A stretch of DNA of 64,000 bases from Candidatus Spongiisociaceae bacterium (GCA_965219685.1 CBDCOH010000002.1:992001-1056000); one strand, 5' to 3'. Shown: positions 29,356 to 39,666, counted from the first letter of the stretch. A program made the numbers and translations. Notes: a model not told the origin generated them from the sequence alone.

Positions 29356-30303
29356 ATGAGGGTGATCTACCACCACACTGCTGGTCCGTGGCTGGAGGCT
29401 CGGCTGCGGTCCCTGTCTGACGAGTCGGGTCTGGATGTCGTCGTGGTGGCGCCCAAGGACTACTCGAGTCTCACGACCGAACTGGGTGAAGCGGAGGTTG
29501 TCTGGCACGTGCTGGAGCCGATGACGGCTGCCTTCCTCGATGCCGCGCCGTGCCTCCGGCTCATCCAGAAGATCGGTGTCGGGGTGAACACGATCGATGT
29601 GGCCGCTGCCACCGCCCGGGGCATCGCGGTCTGCAACATGCCGGGAACGAACAGCCGAGCGGTTGCGGAGATGGCCCTGGCCTTGATGCTCGGCTGCCTC
29701 CGGCAGTTGGCATGGTTTCATGAGCGGACACGGACCGGGCGTGGTTGGGACATTCCTGCAGATGTGCCGGAGACGTGCCTGGAGTTAGCGGGCCGGACGG
29801 TGGGTCTGGTCGGCTACGGGAGTATCCCGCGGATCCTGGCGCCGATTCTCGCCGCGCTCGGCGCTCGCGTCGTCTACACGGCGACTTCACCCAAGGAGGA
29901 CGCTGTCGCCGAATGGCGGGCACTCCCCCAGCTCCTGAGCGAGTCGGACATCGTCTCCCTGCACCTTCCGCTTACCAACGAAACGGGGGGAATGCTGGAC
30001 CGGCGAGCACTCATGACCATGAATCCAGGCGCCATCCTGATCAACACCGGGCGAGGCGAAGTCGTGGATCAAACGGCGCTGGTTGATGTCCTCAGATCGG
30101 GACATCTAGCTGCGGCCGGCCTGGATGTCTTCGCCTCTGAACCCGTGGCTCCCGATGATCCGATCCTCGCCCTCGACAACGTCGTTCTGGCGCCCCACGT
30201 CGCCTGGCAGACGAGGGAGACGCTGGAACGGAGCCTCGTAGTGGCGATGGAAAACTGCGACCGTCTCCGGGCCGGTCAACCGTTACTGCACCAGGTCAAC
30301 TGA
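29356..30303 (+). CDS. D-isomer-specific 2-hydroxyacid dehydrogenase
   Basis: GLVGYGSI, SLHLPLT, INTGRG, GLDVF..EP, APHVA. Confidence 0.9.
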   Translation: MRVIYHHTAGPWLEARLRSLSDESGLDVVVVAPKDYSSLTTELGEAEVVWHVLEPMTAAFLDAAPCLRLIQKIGVGVNTIDVAAATARGIAVCNMPGTNSRAVAEMALALMLGCLRQLAWFHERTRTGRGWDIPADVPETCLELAGRTVGLVGYGSIPRILAPILAALGARVVYTATSPKEDAVAEWRALPQLLSESDIVSLHLPLTNETGGMLDRRALMTMNPGAILINTGRGEVVDQTALVDVLRSGHLAAAGLDVFASEPVAPDDPILALDNVVLAPHVAWQTRETLERSLVVAMENCDRLRAGQPLLHQVN

Positions 30304-30325
30304 GCTGGTTGCTAGTTGGTGATCG

Positions 30326-32287
30326 ATGGTTAGCGCTGAATCGGGTAGTGTTCCGATCTCGGGGCGCCTATCGCGGGAGGTACCGCCGATGGTCTTATCA
30401 CCCGGATATGGCACCGCGCTGGCCAGGAACATGGGCATGCCGGCTCGCGATGGGGTGCATCTGGCGACCGACGTGTGGCGGCCGGCGCTCGACGGTGACC
30501 CCTTGCCGGGTCCGTTCCCTGCGGTGATGACCCGCACCCCCTACGGCCGCACCGACCCGCGCTACGGTCCCGAAGCGGACTTCTGGACCACGCGGGGGTT
30601 CCTGTTCGTCGTGCAGGACTGCAGGGGTCGGTTTGGGTCGGAGGGAGAGTTCACGCTGTTCGCGAACGAAGGGCCCGACGGTTACGACGCCGTGGAGTGG
30701 GTCGCCGGATTGCCGTTCTGCGACGGCAACGTCGGAACGTACGGCACTTCGTACCCCGGCTGGGTACAGAGCGCGTTGGCTATCGAGCGGCCTCCCCACC
30801 TCCGGGCGATGTGGATCAACCAGGGCGGGTCGAACGGAAATCGCACCGCGTTGCGCCACAACGGCGCGATGGAGCTCCGATGGTTGGCGTGGGCCGTCGC
30901 TCACGGCGCCACGACGATGGCGCAGACCGACCCGGAACTCGCCCAGGAGTTGTGGCAGCACGGCATCTCCATGTACGAGTGGCTACGTCGGCTGCCGTGG
31001 CGGGAGGCGTCGCCACTGGCGGGACTTCCCGGGTATGACCGCTGGTCGCATGAACTGTACGAGCGAGGGGACGAGGTGAGGGAGGATGGGTTCTGGCAGC
31101 AGTCCGGCCTGAACTTCGAGGCGCACTTCGACCGAACCGCCGATGTTCCGACCGTATACAGCGGCGGCTGGTACGACTCCTATGCCAGGGCGACGACGGA
31201 CAACTATGTGAGCCTCGCCGCCAGGCTCCACCATCAGCGGCTGCTCATGGGACCCTGGACGCACGGATCGTTGACGCCCGAGCAGTCCGCCGCCGGCGAA
31301 GTGGAGTTCGGGCCGGGTGCCGCCATGAACTCGAACAACGAGGTCTTCCCGGCGGGAAGTCTCCTGGGCGAGTTGCTCCGATGGTTCGACTGCTGGCTGC
31401 GCGGCGAGGACGACGGGGTCATGGATGGCCCGGAGGTGCGCATCTTCGTCATGGGTGGTGGCAGCGGGCGTCGGACCGAGGCAGGTTTCATAGACCACGG
31501 GGGACGCTGGCGTGACGAGCCGACCTGGCCACTCGAACGGGCGGTTGTCACCCCGTTCTATCTCCAGCCCGATGGCGCGCTCGGGCTGACTCCGCCGCCC
31601 TCGGGCGGCGGGAGTTCGTCGTTCCTCTACGACCCGAGACGGCCGCTGCCGACCGTATCGGCGAACACCTCCTCACTCACCGACTTCGTTCCGGTTCCGG
31701 ATCGTGTCGATCCCCTCAAAGCGATCTCGTTGATGCGACCTATGGTGATCCACGGTGGGGCTGACCAGCGCGTCCGCTCCGACACGCTGCGCACCGACGA
31801 CTTCACCGGACCCCTCGAACTTCGCGAAGACGTGATCGTGTTCGAGACCGGACCCCTCGATGCCGACATCGAAGTCACCGGTCCGGTTGGAGCCACGATC
31901 TACCTCTCGTCGGACGTGCCGGATACCGACCTGTTCGTGATGGTGCAGGACGTCTACCCGCCAAGCACCGACTGGCCCGACGGATTCCGGCTCAACGTGA
32001 CCGACGGGTTGATGCGGGTGCGCTACCGCGAGGGTTTCGACAAAGGGAGGTTGCTGACCCTCGGGCAGGTGGTCAAGGTCGAGTTCCAGCTATACCCCAC
32101 CAGCAACCGTTTCGTCGCCGGCCATCGCCTGCGGGTCCTGGTGTCGTCATCGTCGTTCCCCCGCTTCGACGTCAACCCCAATACCGGCGAACCGCTCGGG
32201 CGTCACACACGGACTCAGCCCGCCACGAACACCATCCACCACTCAGAGGCGCACCCATCAAGCATCAACCTGCCGGTGGTTGGTTAG
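30326..32287 (+). CDS. CocE/NonD family hydrolase
   Basis: RTPY, QDCRGRFGSEG, GTSY nucleophile, GGWYD, GPWTH, SSSFPRFDVNP; start uncertain. Confidence 0.92.
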   Translation: MVSAESGSVPISGRLSREVPPMVLSPGYGTALARNMGMPARDGVHLATDVWRPALDGDPLPGPFPAVMTRTPYGRTDPRYGPEADFWTTRGFLFVVQDCRGRFGSEGEFTLFANEGPDGYDAVEWVAGLPFCDGNVGTYGTSYPGWVQSALAIERPPHLRAMWINQGGSNGNRTALRHNGAMELRWLAWAVAHGATTMAQTDPELAQELWQHGISMYEWLRRLPWREASPLAGLPGYDRWSHELYERGDEVREDGFWQQSGLNFEAHFDRTADVPTVYSGGWYDSYARATTDNYVSLAARLHHQRLLMGPWTHGSLTPEQSAAGEVEFGPGAAMNSNNEVFPAGSLLGELLRWFDCWLRGEDDGVMDGPEVRIFVMGGGSGRRTEAGFIDHGGRWRDEPTWPLERAVVTPFYLQPDGALGLTPPPSGGGSSSFLYDPRRPLPTVSANTSSLTDFVPVPDRVDPLKAISLMRPMVIHGGADQRVRSDTLRTDDFTGPLELREDVIVFETGPLDADIEVTGPVGATIYLSSDVPDTDLFVMVQDVYPPSTDWPDGFRLNVTDGLMRVRYREGFDKGRLLTLGQVVKVEFQLYPTSNRFVAGHRLRVLVSSSSFPRFDVNPNTGEPLGRHTRTQPATNTIHHSEAHPSSINLPVVG

Positions 32288-32292
32288 AGCTC

Positions 32293-32325
32293 CACCACTC
32301 ACCACTCACCACTCACCACTCACTA
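32293..32325. repeat. Heptamer array (CACCACT)4 running into the stop codon of the minus-strand gene
   Basis: Minus strand reads TAG-TG-(AGTGGTG)4. Confidence 0.92.
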
Positions 32326-32976
32326 CACCCGGCTGCTGGGTGCGGCCAGCACTCCGCGGGCGGCCTGGCTCTCTATCTCCCGCAGCGCTGCTCGGACCTC
32401 CAGGGCGCGCGTGAGAAGCAGGCCCACCGCTGCGTCGTGGGATGTGCCGCATCCGAAGCGGACCCGATCACTGGTGTCCGGGACCGCCTCCATGTCTCCC
32501 AGCTTTACGAGGCCGAGGACGGCTACCGCGGCCCTGCGGTCATGGGCGCCGACGTTCCCTTCGGTCCTGGCCAGGTACTCGCCCCGTCCCAGGCTCGTGA
32601 CCTGGATGGTCTTCCGCTTCTTCCTGTCCCATACCTCCAGCGGCCTTGCCTCGAGTGGCGCACCCGTGGGCAGCTTGGCCGACTCCAGGAAGATCCGTCG
32701 GCAGGCGACACAATGGGGCAGCCCGCAGGGGAACCGTACCCGCGTGTCCACGCCCCGATCGATCTGCATTCCGCCCAGGACCGCCATCGCCTCTGCAACG
32801 TAGCGCACTCGCTCCGCGGCGCCCTCGCGGGAGCTGTACGTGTGTACCTGGAAGGAGGTTCCGTCGGCAGAGGCCTGTTCGTACAGACCGAGGGTGATGT
32901 CGTGGCAGTGCCCGTCCATCGCCACCAGCTCGATACGTCGACCGATCGACTTGAGACGCCCCGTCGCTACAGCCAT
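32323..32976 (-). CDS. Hypothetical protein with duplicated RVRFxCGxxH motif
   Basis: 217-aa ORF with AGGAG ribosome-binding site; no family recognised. Confidence 0.7.
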   Translation of the reverse strand: MAVATGRLKSIGRRIELVAMDGHCHDITLGLYEQASADGTSFQVHTYSSREGAAERVRYVAEAMAVLGGMQIDRGVDTRVRFPCGLPHCVACRRIFLESAKLPTGAPLEARPLEVWDRKKRKTIQVTSLGRGEYLARTEGNVGAHDRRAAVAVLGLVKLGDMEAVPDTSDRVRFGCGTSHDAAVGLLLTRALEVRAALREIESQAARGVLAAPSSRV

Positions 32977-33083
32977 GTCACTCCTATGAGGCCGGAATGG
33001 TCACGCGCCGATGCTATCAGCCGGTGTGCCATGCCGCAGCCGAGCCAAGCGCCCGATCGATCCGGGATCGTGATCACTATCCG

Positions 33084-33665
33084 CTATCCGCTGACGACCG
33101 GCCGGTATGTGACGGCGAGCCGCTGGTAGGCCTCGACCCCGTGGCGCTGGCGTTCGATTTCAGTCTCGGTGAGTTCCCTGATCGGCTTGGCGGGAATGCC
33201 CATCGCCAGCGTCCACGGCGGCACCGTGCGTCCTTCGGGGAGGATGGCTCCCGAAGCCAGCCAGGCGCCGTCGCCGAGCACCGAGCCGTTGAGGGCGCGG
33301 GCGCCGATTCCCACCAGGCAGTGGTCCCCTATGGCGGCGCCGTGGAGGACGACGCTGTGGCCGACGGTGGAGTGGTCGCCGACCGTGCACGCGAACCCTT
33401 CGTCGACGTGCATCACCACGTTGTCCTGGATGTTGGAGTAGGCGCCCACCACGACCCGGTCGAACTCGGCTCTGATGACCACCCCGAACATGACCACCGC
33501 GTGGGCGCGGATCTCGGCGTCGCCGTAGATGTGGACACCTGGCGCGACGAAGGCTGAGGGGTCGATATTGGGGCTGCCCATCGGTATCGGGTCGGACCGG
33601 TACACCTCTGCTCCTTCGTTCCCGGCGTCGGGCGCACTGTACTCGTGGTCCGACCCGGTTCCCAT
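33084..33665 (-). CDS. Gamma-class carbonic anhydrase family protein
   Basis: SNIQDNVVMH, TVGHSVVLHG, hexapeptide repeats, GIPAKPIR. Confidence 0.9.
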   Translation of the reverse strand: MGTGSDHEYSAPDAGNEGAEVYRSDPIPMGSPNIDPSAFVAPGVHIYGDAEIRAHAVVMFGVVIRAEFDRVVVGAYSNIQDNVVMHVDEGFACTVGDHSTVGHSVVLHGAAIGDHCLVGIGARALNGSVLGDGAWLASGAILPEGRTVPPWTLAMGIPAKPIRELTETEIERQRHGVEAYQRLAVTYRPVVSG

Positions 33666-33775
33666 GCCGGATTGTCCTCCACCGTTGACACCCTGTCCGG
33701 CCTCGGCGTACGCTGCAAGCAGGTCGGAAGCCGGGCGGCGCCGGATCGTCGCTCTCTTGGTGCAGGGAGGCCATC

Positions 33776-34552
33776 ATGATGCGTTTCAAGGATCGGGTCG
33801 CGATAGTGACCGGCGGGGCCTCGGGCATCGGCGGCGCCACCGCCCGTGAGTTCCTGAGAGAAGGCGCCCGCGTGGTGGTGATCGATCTGCAGCCCGTGGA
33901 TCACGGGTACCTGACCCGCGGCCTCGACTGCGCCCCCGACAATCTCCGGTCCATCCGGGGCAGCGTGGCGGAGATCGACGACTGCCGCCGTACCGTGGCC
34001 GAAGCGGTGGGAACATTCGGCCGGCTCGACTGCATCGTCAACAACGCCGCGAGCTTCGTGGTCGAAGCACTCGATGCGGCCAAGGAGGATTGGGACGCCA
34101 GTTGGTCCACCAACGTCCTCGGCCCGAACAACATGGTCAGGGCCGGGTTCGAGCCCCTCAAGGCGGCAGGCAACGGGGCCGTGGTGAACGTGGCCAGCGT
34201 GGTCGCGGTGGTGGCCAAGCCGGGTGCCTGGACGTACCACGGGACAAAGGGGGCGTTGCTCTCGCTCACCATGTGCATGGCTCTCGATCTCGGTGTTCAC
34301 GGGATCAGGGTCAACACCGTCAGCCCGGGCTGGACTTGGACCGAAGCTACCGCCGCCATCATCGACCGTCAGGCCTACGAGGACTACATCGTCCCCCACA
34401 TGATGCTGGACCGGTGTGGTGAGACCATCGACGTGGCCCGGGCGATTCTGTTCCTGTGCAGCGACGACGCCTCGTTCATAACCGGGACCGACCTCAAAGT
34501 GGACGGTGGTTACAGCGCTATGGGCCCGGAAGGCAAGACCAACCCGGTCTGA
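33776..34552 (+). CDS. Short-chain dehydrogenase/reductase
   Basis: TGGASGIG, NNAA, YHGTK, VNTVSPG, VDGG. Confidence 0.92.
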   Translation: MMRFKDRVAIVTGGASGIGGATAREFLREGARVVVIDLQPVDHGYLTRGLDCAPDNLRSIRGSVAEIDDCRRTVAEAVGTFGRLDCIVNNAASFVVEALDAAKEDWDASWSTNVLGPNNMVRAGFEPLKAAGNGAVVNVASVVAVVAKPGAWTYHGTKGALLSLTMCMALDLGVHGIRVNTVSPGWTWTEATAAIIDRQAYEDYIVPHMMLDRCGETIDVARAILFLCSDDASFITGTDLKVDGGYSAMGPEGKTNPV

Positions 34553-34572
34553 TACCGCGACCAGGTCCGGAA

Positions 34573-35760
34573 TCAACCTCCTTGCCGGGCGATCGCGTCG
34601 TAGAGGGCGGCCGAGAGGGCGCGGGGGCGGCGGTCGGTGCCCACCTCCATGTGGGTCTGGTTCATGGCGTAGCCGAAGCCCACCTCTGCGGCCGGGTCGG
34701 CGTAGCCCACGGATCCCCCTATTCCCTGCATGCCGAACGCCTCGTCGTTTGGTCCGAGCGACAGGCCACCGGGGGTGGAGCGGCCGTATCCGAGGGCGAC
34801 ACGGGTCTCGCCCCCGAAGATGGCATCGGTTCCCCGGGCCTGCTCGGCCGAGTGGGCAACGACCGACTCCTTGGACACGATCCGCACGCCGTCGAGTTCG
34901 CCACCTGCGGCCAGCATGGCGTACATGCGCGCAACGCTGCGGGCATCCCCGATTCCGTTGACCGCCGGCGCCTCCGCTCTCCAGAACTCGGGGTCGTTGG
35001 CCAGGTCGATGAAGCTGCCCTGCTCCGGGCCGATGAACAGGGCGGCGCCCCCGGGGTTCTCGGGTCCCCAGAGCACCTTCAAGAGATCGAATGCCGGGTC
35101 TGGATCGTGCAGGAGTCTCGCCACCCTCGCGTGTTGCTCGACGGGAAGCCCGATCCAGAAGTCCAGGCCGAGTGGGCGGGCCACGTCGTCCGCGAAGAAT
35201 GCGCCTAGAGTGCGGCCGTCGATCCGACGCACCAGTTCTCCTACGAACCACCCGTAGGTGATCGAGTGGTATCCGACTCGGGTTCCTGGTTCCCAGATGA
35301 GCGGCGCGGCGGCCAGCCGTGCCGCGATCTCCTCGGTGCGGTGCCAGCCCTCCGCTTGGTCGAAGCTGACCAGATCCCAGTACTCGGGGAACGAGGGGAG
35401 TCCGACTGTGTGGTTCAGGAGTTGCCTGATCCGCACGCGTTCCTTGCCCTGAGCGGCGAACTCGGGCCAGTAGGCGGTCACGGGGGCGTCCAGGTCCATC
35501 AGCCCGCGGTCGGCCAGGATCTGGGCGGCCAGGGCCGTCGGTCCCTTCGTCACCGAGAACACGAATACGAGCGTGTCCCGACTCCAGGGGCGGTCAGGCG
35601 TGGCCATCCCCGCCCAGATGTTGACCACGCACTCGCCCCCGACGTAAGCGCAGAACTCTGCGCCCACCTCACCCCGTTTGGCGAAGTTCTCGTCGAACGC
35701 GTCGGCGACCCGTTCGAAACCCCCCGCTACGTACCCTCTGATATCGGTCACTTTCCTCAT
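34573..35760 (-). CDS. Serine hydrolase, beta-lactamase/EstA-like family
   Basis: FSVTK (SxxK), LLNHTVG, PG...YHS. Confidence 0.88.
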   Translation of the reverse strand: MRKVTDIRGYVAGGFERVADAFDENFAKRGEVGAEFCAYVGGECVVNIWAGMATPDRPWSRDTLVFVFSVTKGPTALAAQILADRGLMDLDAPVTAYWPEFAAQGKERVRIRQLLNHTVGLPSFPEYWDLVSFDQAEGWHRTEEIAARLAAAPLIWEPGTRVGYHSITYGWFVGELVRRIDGRTLGAFFADDVARPLGLDFWIGLPVEQHARVARLLHDPDPAFDLLKVLWGPENPGGAALFIGPEQGSFIDLANDPEFWRAEAPAVNGIGDARSVARMYAMLAAGGELDGVRIVSKESVVAHSAEQARGTDAIFGGETRVALGYGRSTPGGLSLGPNDEAFGMQGIGGSVGYADPAAEVGFGYAMNQTHMEVGTDRRPRALSAALYDAIARQGG

Positions 35761-35785
35761 CTCCCCTTCAGCGGCCCGATGCGCG

Positions 35786-35818
35786 GAGCAGGCCCCGGAC
35801 CGGAGCCGGGGCCTGCTC
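35786..35818 (-). terminator. Perfect 13-bp hairpin
   Basis: GAGCAGGCCCCGG-N7-CCGGGGCCTGCTC after the binding-protein stop. Confidence 0.6.
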
Positions 35819-35832
35819 TCGGTTGGCTGTTG

Positions 35833-37191
35833 CTAGAGCGGCTTCATGATCCAGGCGACGAGATCCTCCCGGGCCTGGAGCTTGGCGAACCAATCCTTCT
35901 CGACCTCGAACACCCGCCAGTCGGAGTCGGCCGCGACGGTACCCGCCTCCACCGCGTTCTTGTGCGAGTGGGCGATGGACAGGTCCATGTTGGTCGGCGA
36001 ACCGTCGGCGAAGTAGTGATCCCATGCGTCCTGGAAGCGCACGTAGTCCTCGATGTTGAACAACTCGGCCTTTAGGGTCTCGTCGTCCACTAGGACACCA
36101 CCGGCCCGGCGCACCGCCTCGTGCATGGGCGGGAGCACGTCGTCGGTGCGGTTGTGCAGGTAGCGGGTGGTCCGGTACCAGATGGCGATCAGGCGCAGGG
36201 CCGTCTCCTCGTTGGCAGCCAGCCAGTCCTCGGTGGAGGCGAAGGTGCTGTACCACAACCCGGTCGCTCCGAACGCCTGGAACGGGGCGGCCGAGGTGAA
36301 CTTGTCCCTCAGGTCCGGGTCGGTGAGCATCCGGTGCATCTGGATGCTGTCACCCATGTGGTAGTCGCCCTCGCCGGCGATGAACGACGTGGAGGCCACA
36401 TTGATGTCGGCGAAGCCGATGATCTCGACGTCGTCGAGCGTCAGCCCGCCCTGCTCGAGCAGGGCCTTGAGGGTCGGAATGCTGCCCGGATCCCAGATGG
36501 CGAAGCTCCTACCGGCCAGCGAGGCGGAGAATTCCTGGTTGGCCACCTCGAGGTCTCCCCCGGCATCGACGAAGAAGTCGATCCACGGCTTGTGGACCGC
36601 GGCGCCGGTCTCCGGGTCGGAACGGCCGATGACCTGGAAACCCCTCCACTGGTAGGAGGTGATCCAGTTCCGGAACTCCGGAATGCTCTCGTACACGCCG
36701 AATGCGCAGGCCGGGCAGGAGGCGATCACGTCGAACTCGCCCCGCTTAAGCGCGGCGGTAGGGAAGAACCCCTGGCTCGAGATGTCCAACTCGATGTTCA
36801 GTTCATCGGCGATGCCCAGTTCCTTGGACGCGGCCCACAGGTTGAACGGATAGAAGGGCCCTCCGTTGATCCGCACCGTCACGAGCGGCGCATCCGGGAT
36901 CATCGGACCCATTTCCTCTTCCTCGGGCTCCACGAGCACCTCGCGAACCACCTCACGGATCACCGTCGTGGGCGGAGCGGTGGTGGTCGGCGCCGGGGCC
37001 GTTGTGGTTGGCGCCGCGGTGGTGGTTGGCGCGGCCGTTGTGGTTGGCGCCGCGGTGGTGGTTGGCGCGGCCGTTGTGGTTGGCGCGGCCGTGGTGGCCG
37101 CCGGCTCGTCTTCGGCCCCGCACGCGATGGCCACCAAGGCCAACGCAGCAAGGATCGCCGTAAACCGCCATCTCTTCCGTAGGTATCTCAC
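35833..37191 (-). CDS. ABC substrate-binding lipoprotein (SsuA/TauA/NMT1-like context)
   Basis: Lipobox VAIAC, (PTTTAA)n linker; follows two TauC-like permeases. Confidence 0.72.
   Translation of the reverse strand: MRYLRKRWRFTAILAALALVAIACGAEDEPAATTAAPTTTAAPTTTAAPTTTAAPTTTAAPTTTAPAPTTTAPPTTVIREVVREVLVEPEEEEMGPMIPDAPLVTVRINGGPFYPFNLWAASKELGIADELNIELDISSQGFFPTAALKRGEFDVIASCPACAFGVYESIPEFRNWITSYQWRGFQVIGRSDPETGAAVHKPWIDFFVDAGGDLEVANQEFSASLAGRSFAIWDPGSIPTLKALLEQGGLTLDDVEIIGFADINVASTSFIAGEGDYHMGDSIQMHRMLTDPDLRDKFTSAAPFQAFGATGLWYSTFASTEDWLAANEETALRLIAIWYRTTRYLHNRTDDVLPPMHEAVRRAGGVLVDDETLKAELFNIEDYVRFQDAWDHYFADGSPTNMDLSIAHSHKNAVEAGTVAADSDWRVFEVEKDWFAKLQAREDLVAWIMKPL
36997..37086 (-). repeat. Five 18-bp coding repeats (APTTTA linker)
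   Basis: In-frame tandem units. Confidence 0.85.
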
Positions 37192-37270
37192 TCTTTCCCT
37201 CCCGTCTCAAGTGTTCCTGGGGCCTGTCTCAGCGGTTTTTGCCTCCTTGTGTAGTTCTCGCTTCTTGGCG

Positions 37271-38140
37271 TCAATTGCCGAGCATGCTACCGACCAGTCC
37301 CCTGTCGGTGCGTGGGCTCCAGCGGGTTACTTTCGCCGCGATGAAGCGAACCGCCTGGTCGAAGATGATCGCCATCGTGCAGAAGACGAACACGATCATC
37401 ATCATTCCGGCCGGATCGAGGTACTGGTTCCGTACCAGCAGGATGAAGCCCAGACCGGTCCGGGAACCGCCTATGAGTTCCACGGCGGCATCGAGTCCCC
37501 ACGCTGACGCCGCGGCCAGGCGGAGAGAACCCACCAGATGGGGGAGGATCGCCGGCACGACCACGGTCCGGTAGATGTGGAAGCGGCTCGCTCCGGTGGT
37601 GAGTGCGGCCTGTATGTAGATATGCGGGACGTTGCGGATGGCCTCCAGGGTCACGAGCGTCCACAGGAGGAACATGGCCAGTGCAACCAAGGACACCTGG
37701 GGCGCGTACCCGACCCCGAACCAGAGGATGAAGAACGGAATCAGCGCGAACAACGGGACGGGACGGACCAGGTTGTCGAGGGTCGCCTCGAAGAAGCGGC
37801 GGATGAACGAGCTGTAACCGAAGATGATGCCTGTGGCCAATCCGGCGACGCTTCCCACCGCCATTCCCAGCAACACCATCCGCAGCGATACCCACGTAGC
37901 GGCCGGTATCAGGTCGATGATCTCCAGGAGGGAGTCGAGCACCCTGTCCGGGCCGGGGAGAATGGCGGGATCGAGGATGCTCCGCGTGAGCGCGTACCAG
38001 ACCGCCAGCGAGATGAGCGGCACCACCGACGCCTCGGCCAGCCGGCGCGCCGGCCCTGCGGTCACCGGTTGGATCTGGAGCTGGGCTCCCCTTCTTCCTC
38101 TTCTTCCCCTTCTGGAGGGCAGAACGCGCGACCTCCTCAT
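37271..38140 (-). CDS. ABC permease (SsuC/TauC-like)
   Basis: RPVPLFALIPFFILWFG, YIQAALTTGAS, PAILP. Confidence 0.88.
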   Translation of the reverse strand: MRRSRVLPSRRGRRGRRGAQLQIQPVTAGPARRLAEASVVPLISLAVWYALTRSILDPAILPGPDRVLDSLLEIIDLIPAATWVSLRMVLLGMAVGSVAGLATGIIFGYSSFIRRFFEATLDNLVRPVPLFALIPFFILWFGVGYAPQVSLVALAMFLLWTLVTLEAIRNVPHIYIQAALTTGASRFHIYRTVVVPAILPHLVGSLRLAAASAWGLDAAVELIGGSRTGLGFILLVRNQYLDPAGMMMIVFVFCTMAIIFDQAVRFIAAKVTRWSPRTDRGLVGSMLGN

Positions 38141-38145
38141 TCCGG

Positions 38146-39054
38146 TCAATTCCCCAGCATGTGGCCGACCATTCCTCTTCTCGCCCGGGGGCTCCACCTG
38201 GTCAGCCGACCGGCGGCGAACCGCACCGTCTGGTCGAAAACCACCGCGAGAGAGCAGAAGATGAACACGATGAGTACCGCCGAAGAAGTGTCCAGGTAGT
38301 AGTTGACGCGGCTGATCAGGATGTAGCCGAGCCCCTGCTGGCTGCCGGCTAGCTCGGCCGCGACGAGGAGTCCCCAGGCGTAGGCGGCGCCCAACCGCAC
38401 GGATGCGATGAGGTGGGGCGTGATCGCCGGTATGACAACAGTCCGGTAGATACGGAACCGTTCGGCTCCGGCGGTCAGGGCGGCCTTGACGTAGATCTGG
38501 GGGACATTCCGCACGGCCTCGAGAGTGGTCAGGCTCAGGAGCAGGAAGATTCCGATGGCCACCAGCACGACCAGGCGAACCGCCTCGACCCTGAACCAGA
38601 GGATGAACAAGTAGATGAACGCGATGAACGGAACCGGGCGCACCAGGTTGTCGAGGGTGGCCTCGAAGTACCGCCGGATCGTGGGGCTGTAGCCGAGGAT
38701 CAAACCTGTGGCGATCCCGGCTACGCCTCCGATCGCCAGGCCCATGAGCACGATCCGCATCGAGATCCACAGGGCGCCCAGGAGAACGTCGGAGAGTTCG
38801 ATCGCGCTGTTGTAGACAGATTCGGGTGGGGGCAGGTATACCGGGTCGATCCGGGTAAGACCGGAACTTCCCGTGGTGAAGAACAGGCGCAAGGACTGCG
38901 GAAGGCTCATCGGGTCCAGCCGGGTCTCCCTGGTGAGAACGAACCAGACGATTGCCAGGATCACCGGGACCACAGTGGCTTGGGCGATGAGCAGGGATTG
39001 CTTAGGAGGTCGCGCCGGAGGTCGAATAGTTCGCCGTCGACTACCTCTGACCAT
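38146..39054 (-). CDS. ABC permease (SsuC/TauC-like), paralog of 37271-38140
   Basis: LPPP, RPVPFIA, AAELAGSQQGLG; shares C-terminus TRWSPR...MLGN with its neighbour. Confidence 0.88.
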   Translation of the reverse strand: MVRGSRRRTIRPPARPPKQSLLIAQATVVPVILAIVWFVLTRETRLDPMSLPQSLRLFFTTGSSGLTRIDPVYLPPPESVYNSAIELSDVLLGALWISMRIVLMGLAIGGVAGIATGLILGYSPTIRRYFEATLDNLVRPVPFIAFIYLFILWFRVEAVRLVVLVAIGIFLLLSLTTLEAVRNVPQIYVKAALTAGAERFRIYRTVVIPAITPHLIASVRLGAAYAWGLLVAAELAGSQQGLGYILISRVNYYLDTSSAVLIVFIFCSLAVVFDQTVRFAAGRLTRWSPRARRGMVGHMLGN

Positions 39055-39186
39055 CCGGATCCTCTTCAGACGCAGGGGATGCTACCCACTGCCCTGCGAT
39101 CCGTCACCTGCCACCACCCGACTCCGCTCTCGTCCGGGCGTTAGGATCACCGGCAGACGGATCGAAATCGGGTGGCTGGAGGGTAT

Positions 39187-39627
39187 ATGAAACGCGCAGT
39201 GATTCCGGCGATGGCCCTCCTGGTCTTCACAGCGTGTGGCGGCGACTCCAGTCCGGACACAACCGCCACGACATCCGCACCCACCACCACTCGGTCGGCG
39301 CCCAGCACGACGCTGCCGCCCACGACCGTGGTGGCGCCCACCGACGGACTTCCGGATGAGTATCCGCCCGAGTTGGTTCCGCCCGGCGTGATATCCGTCT
39401 ACTGGGAGCCCACCGGAGCGGGAACCGACGTCTTCTTCGAAACCTCGGCCGGTTTCGAGGAGCTGATCGACTTCTACACCAATGCCCTGGAGCCGCCGCT
39501 GGATGTGCGGACGGAAGACGGAGTGGACCGGGCCATCTGGGTCTACAAGCCGGGCGTGGAGCACATCACGGTGATCCTGGAGTCAGACTCGGAAGGCATC
39601 AGCCTCAAGGTATCGGGCCTGTTTTGA
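39187..39627 (+). CDS. Hypothetical lipoprotein
   Basis: Lipobox FTAC, Thr-rich linker, GGAGG ribosome-binding site. Confidence 0.75.
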   Translation: MKRAVIPAMALLVFTACGGDSSPDTTATTSAPTTTRSAPSTTLPPTTVVAPTDGLPDEYPPELVPPGVISVYWEPTGAGTDVFFETSAGFEELIDFYTNALEPPLDVRTEDGVDRAIWVYKPGVEHITVILESDSEGISLKVSGLF

Positions 39628-39666
39628 GTGGTGAATGGTGAATGGTGAATGGTGAATGGTGAATGG
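39625..39666. repeat. Heptamer array TGAGTGG (TGAATGG)5, first unit contains the stop codon
   Basis: Read directly. Confidence 0.95.

Noticed and set aside
34573-35760. Beta-lactam resistance gene
   Set aside because: No signal peptide or KTG motif; fits a cytoplasmic EstA-like esterase.
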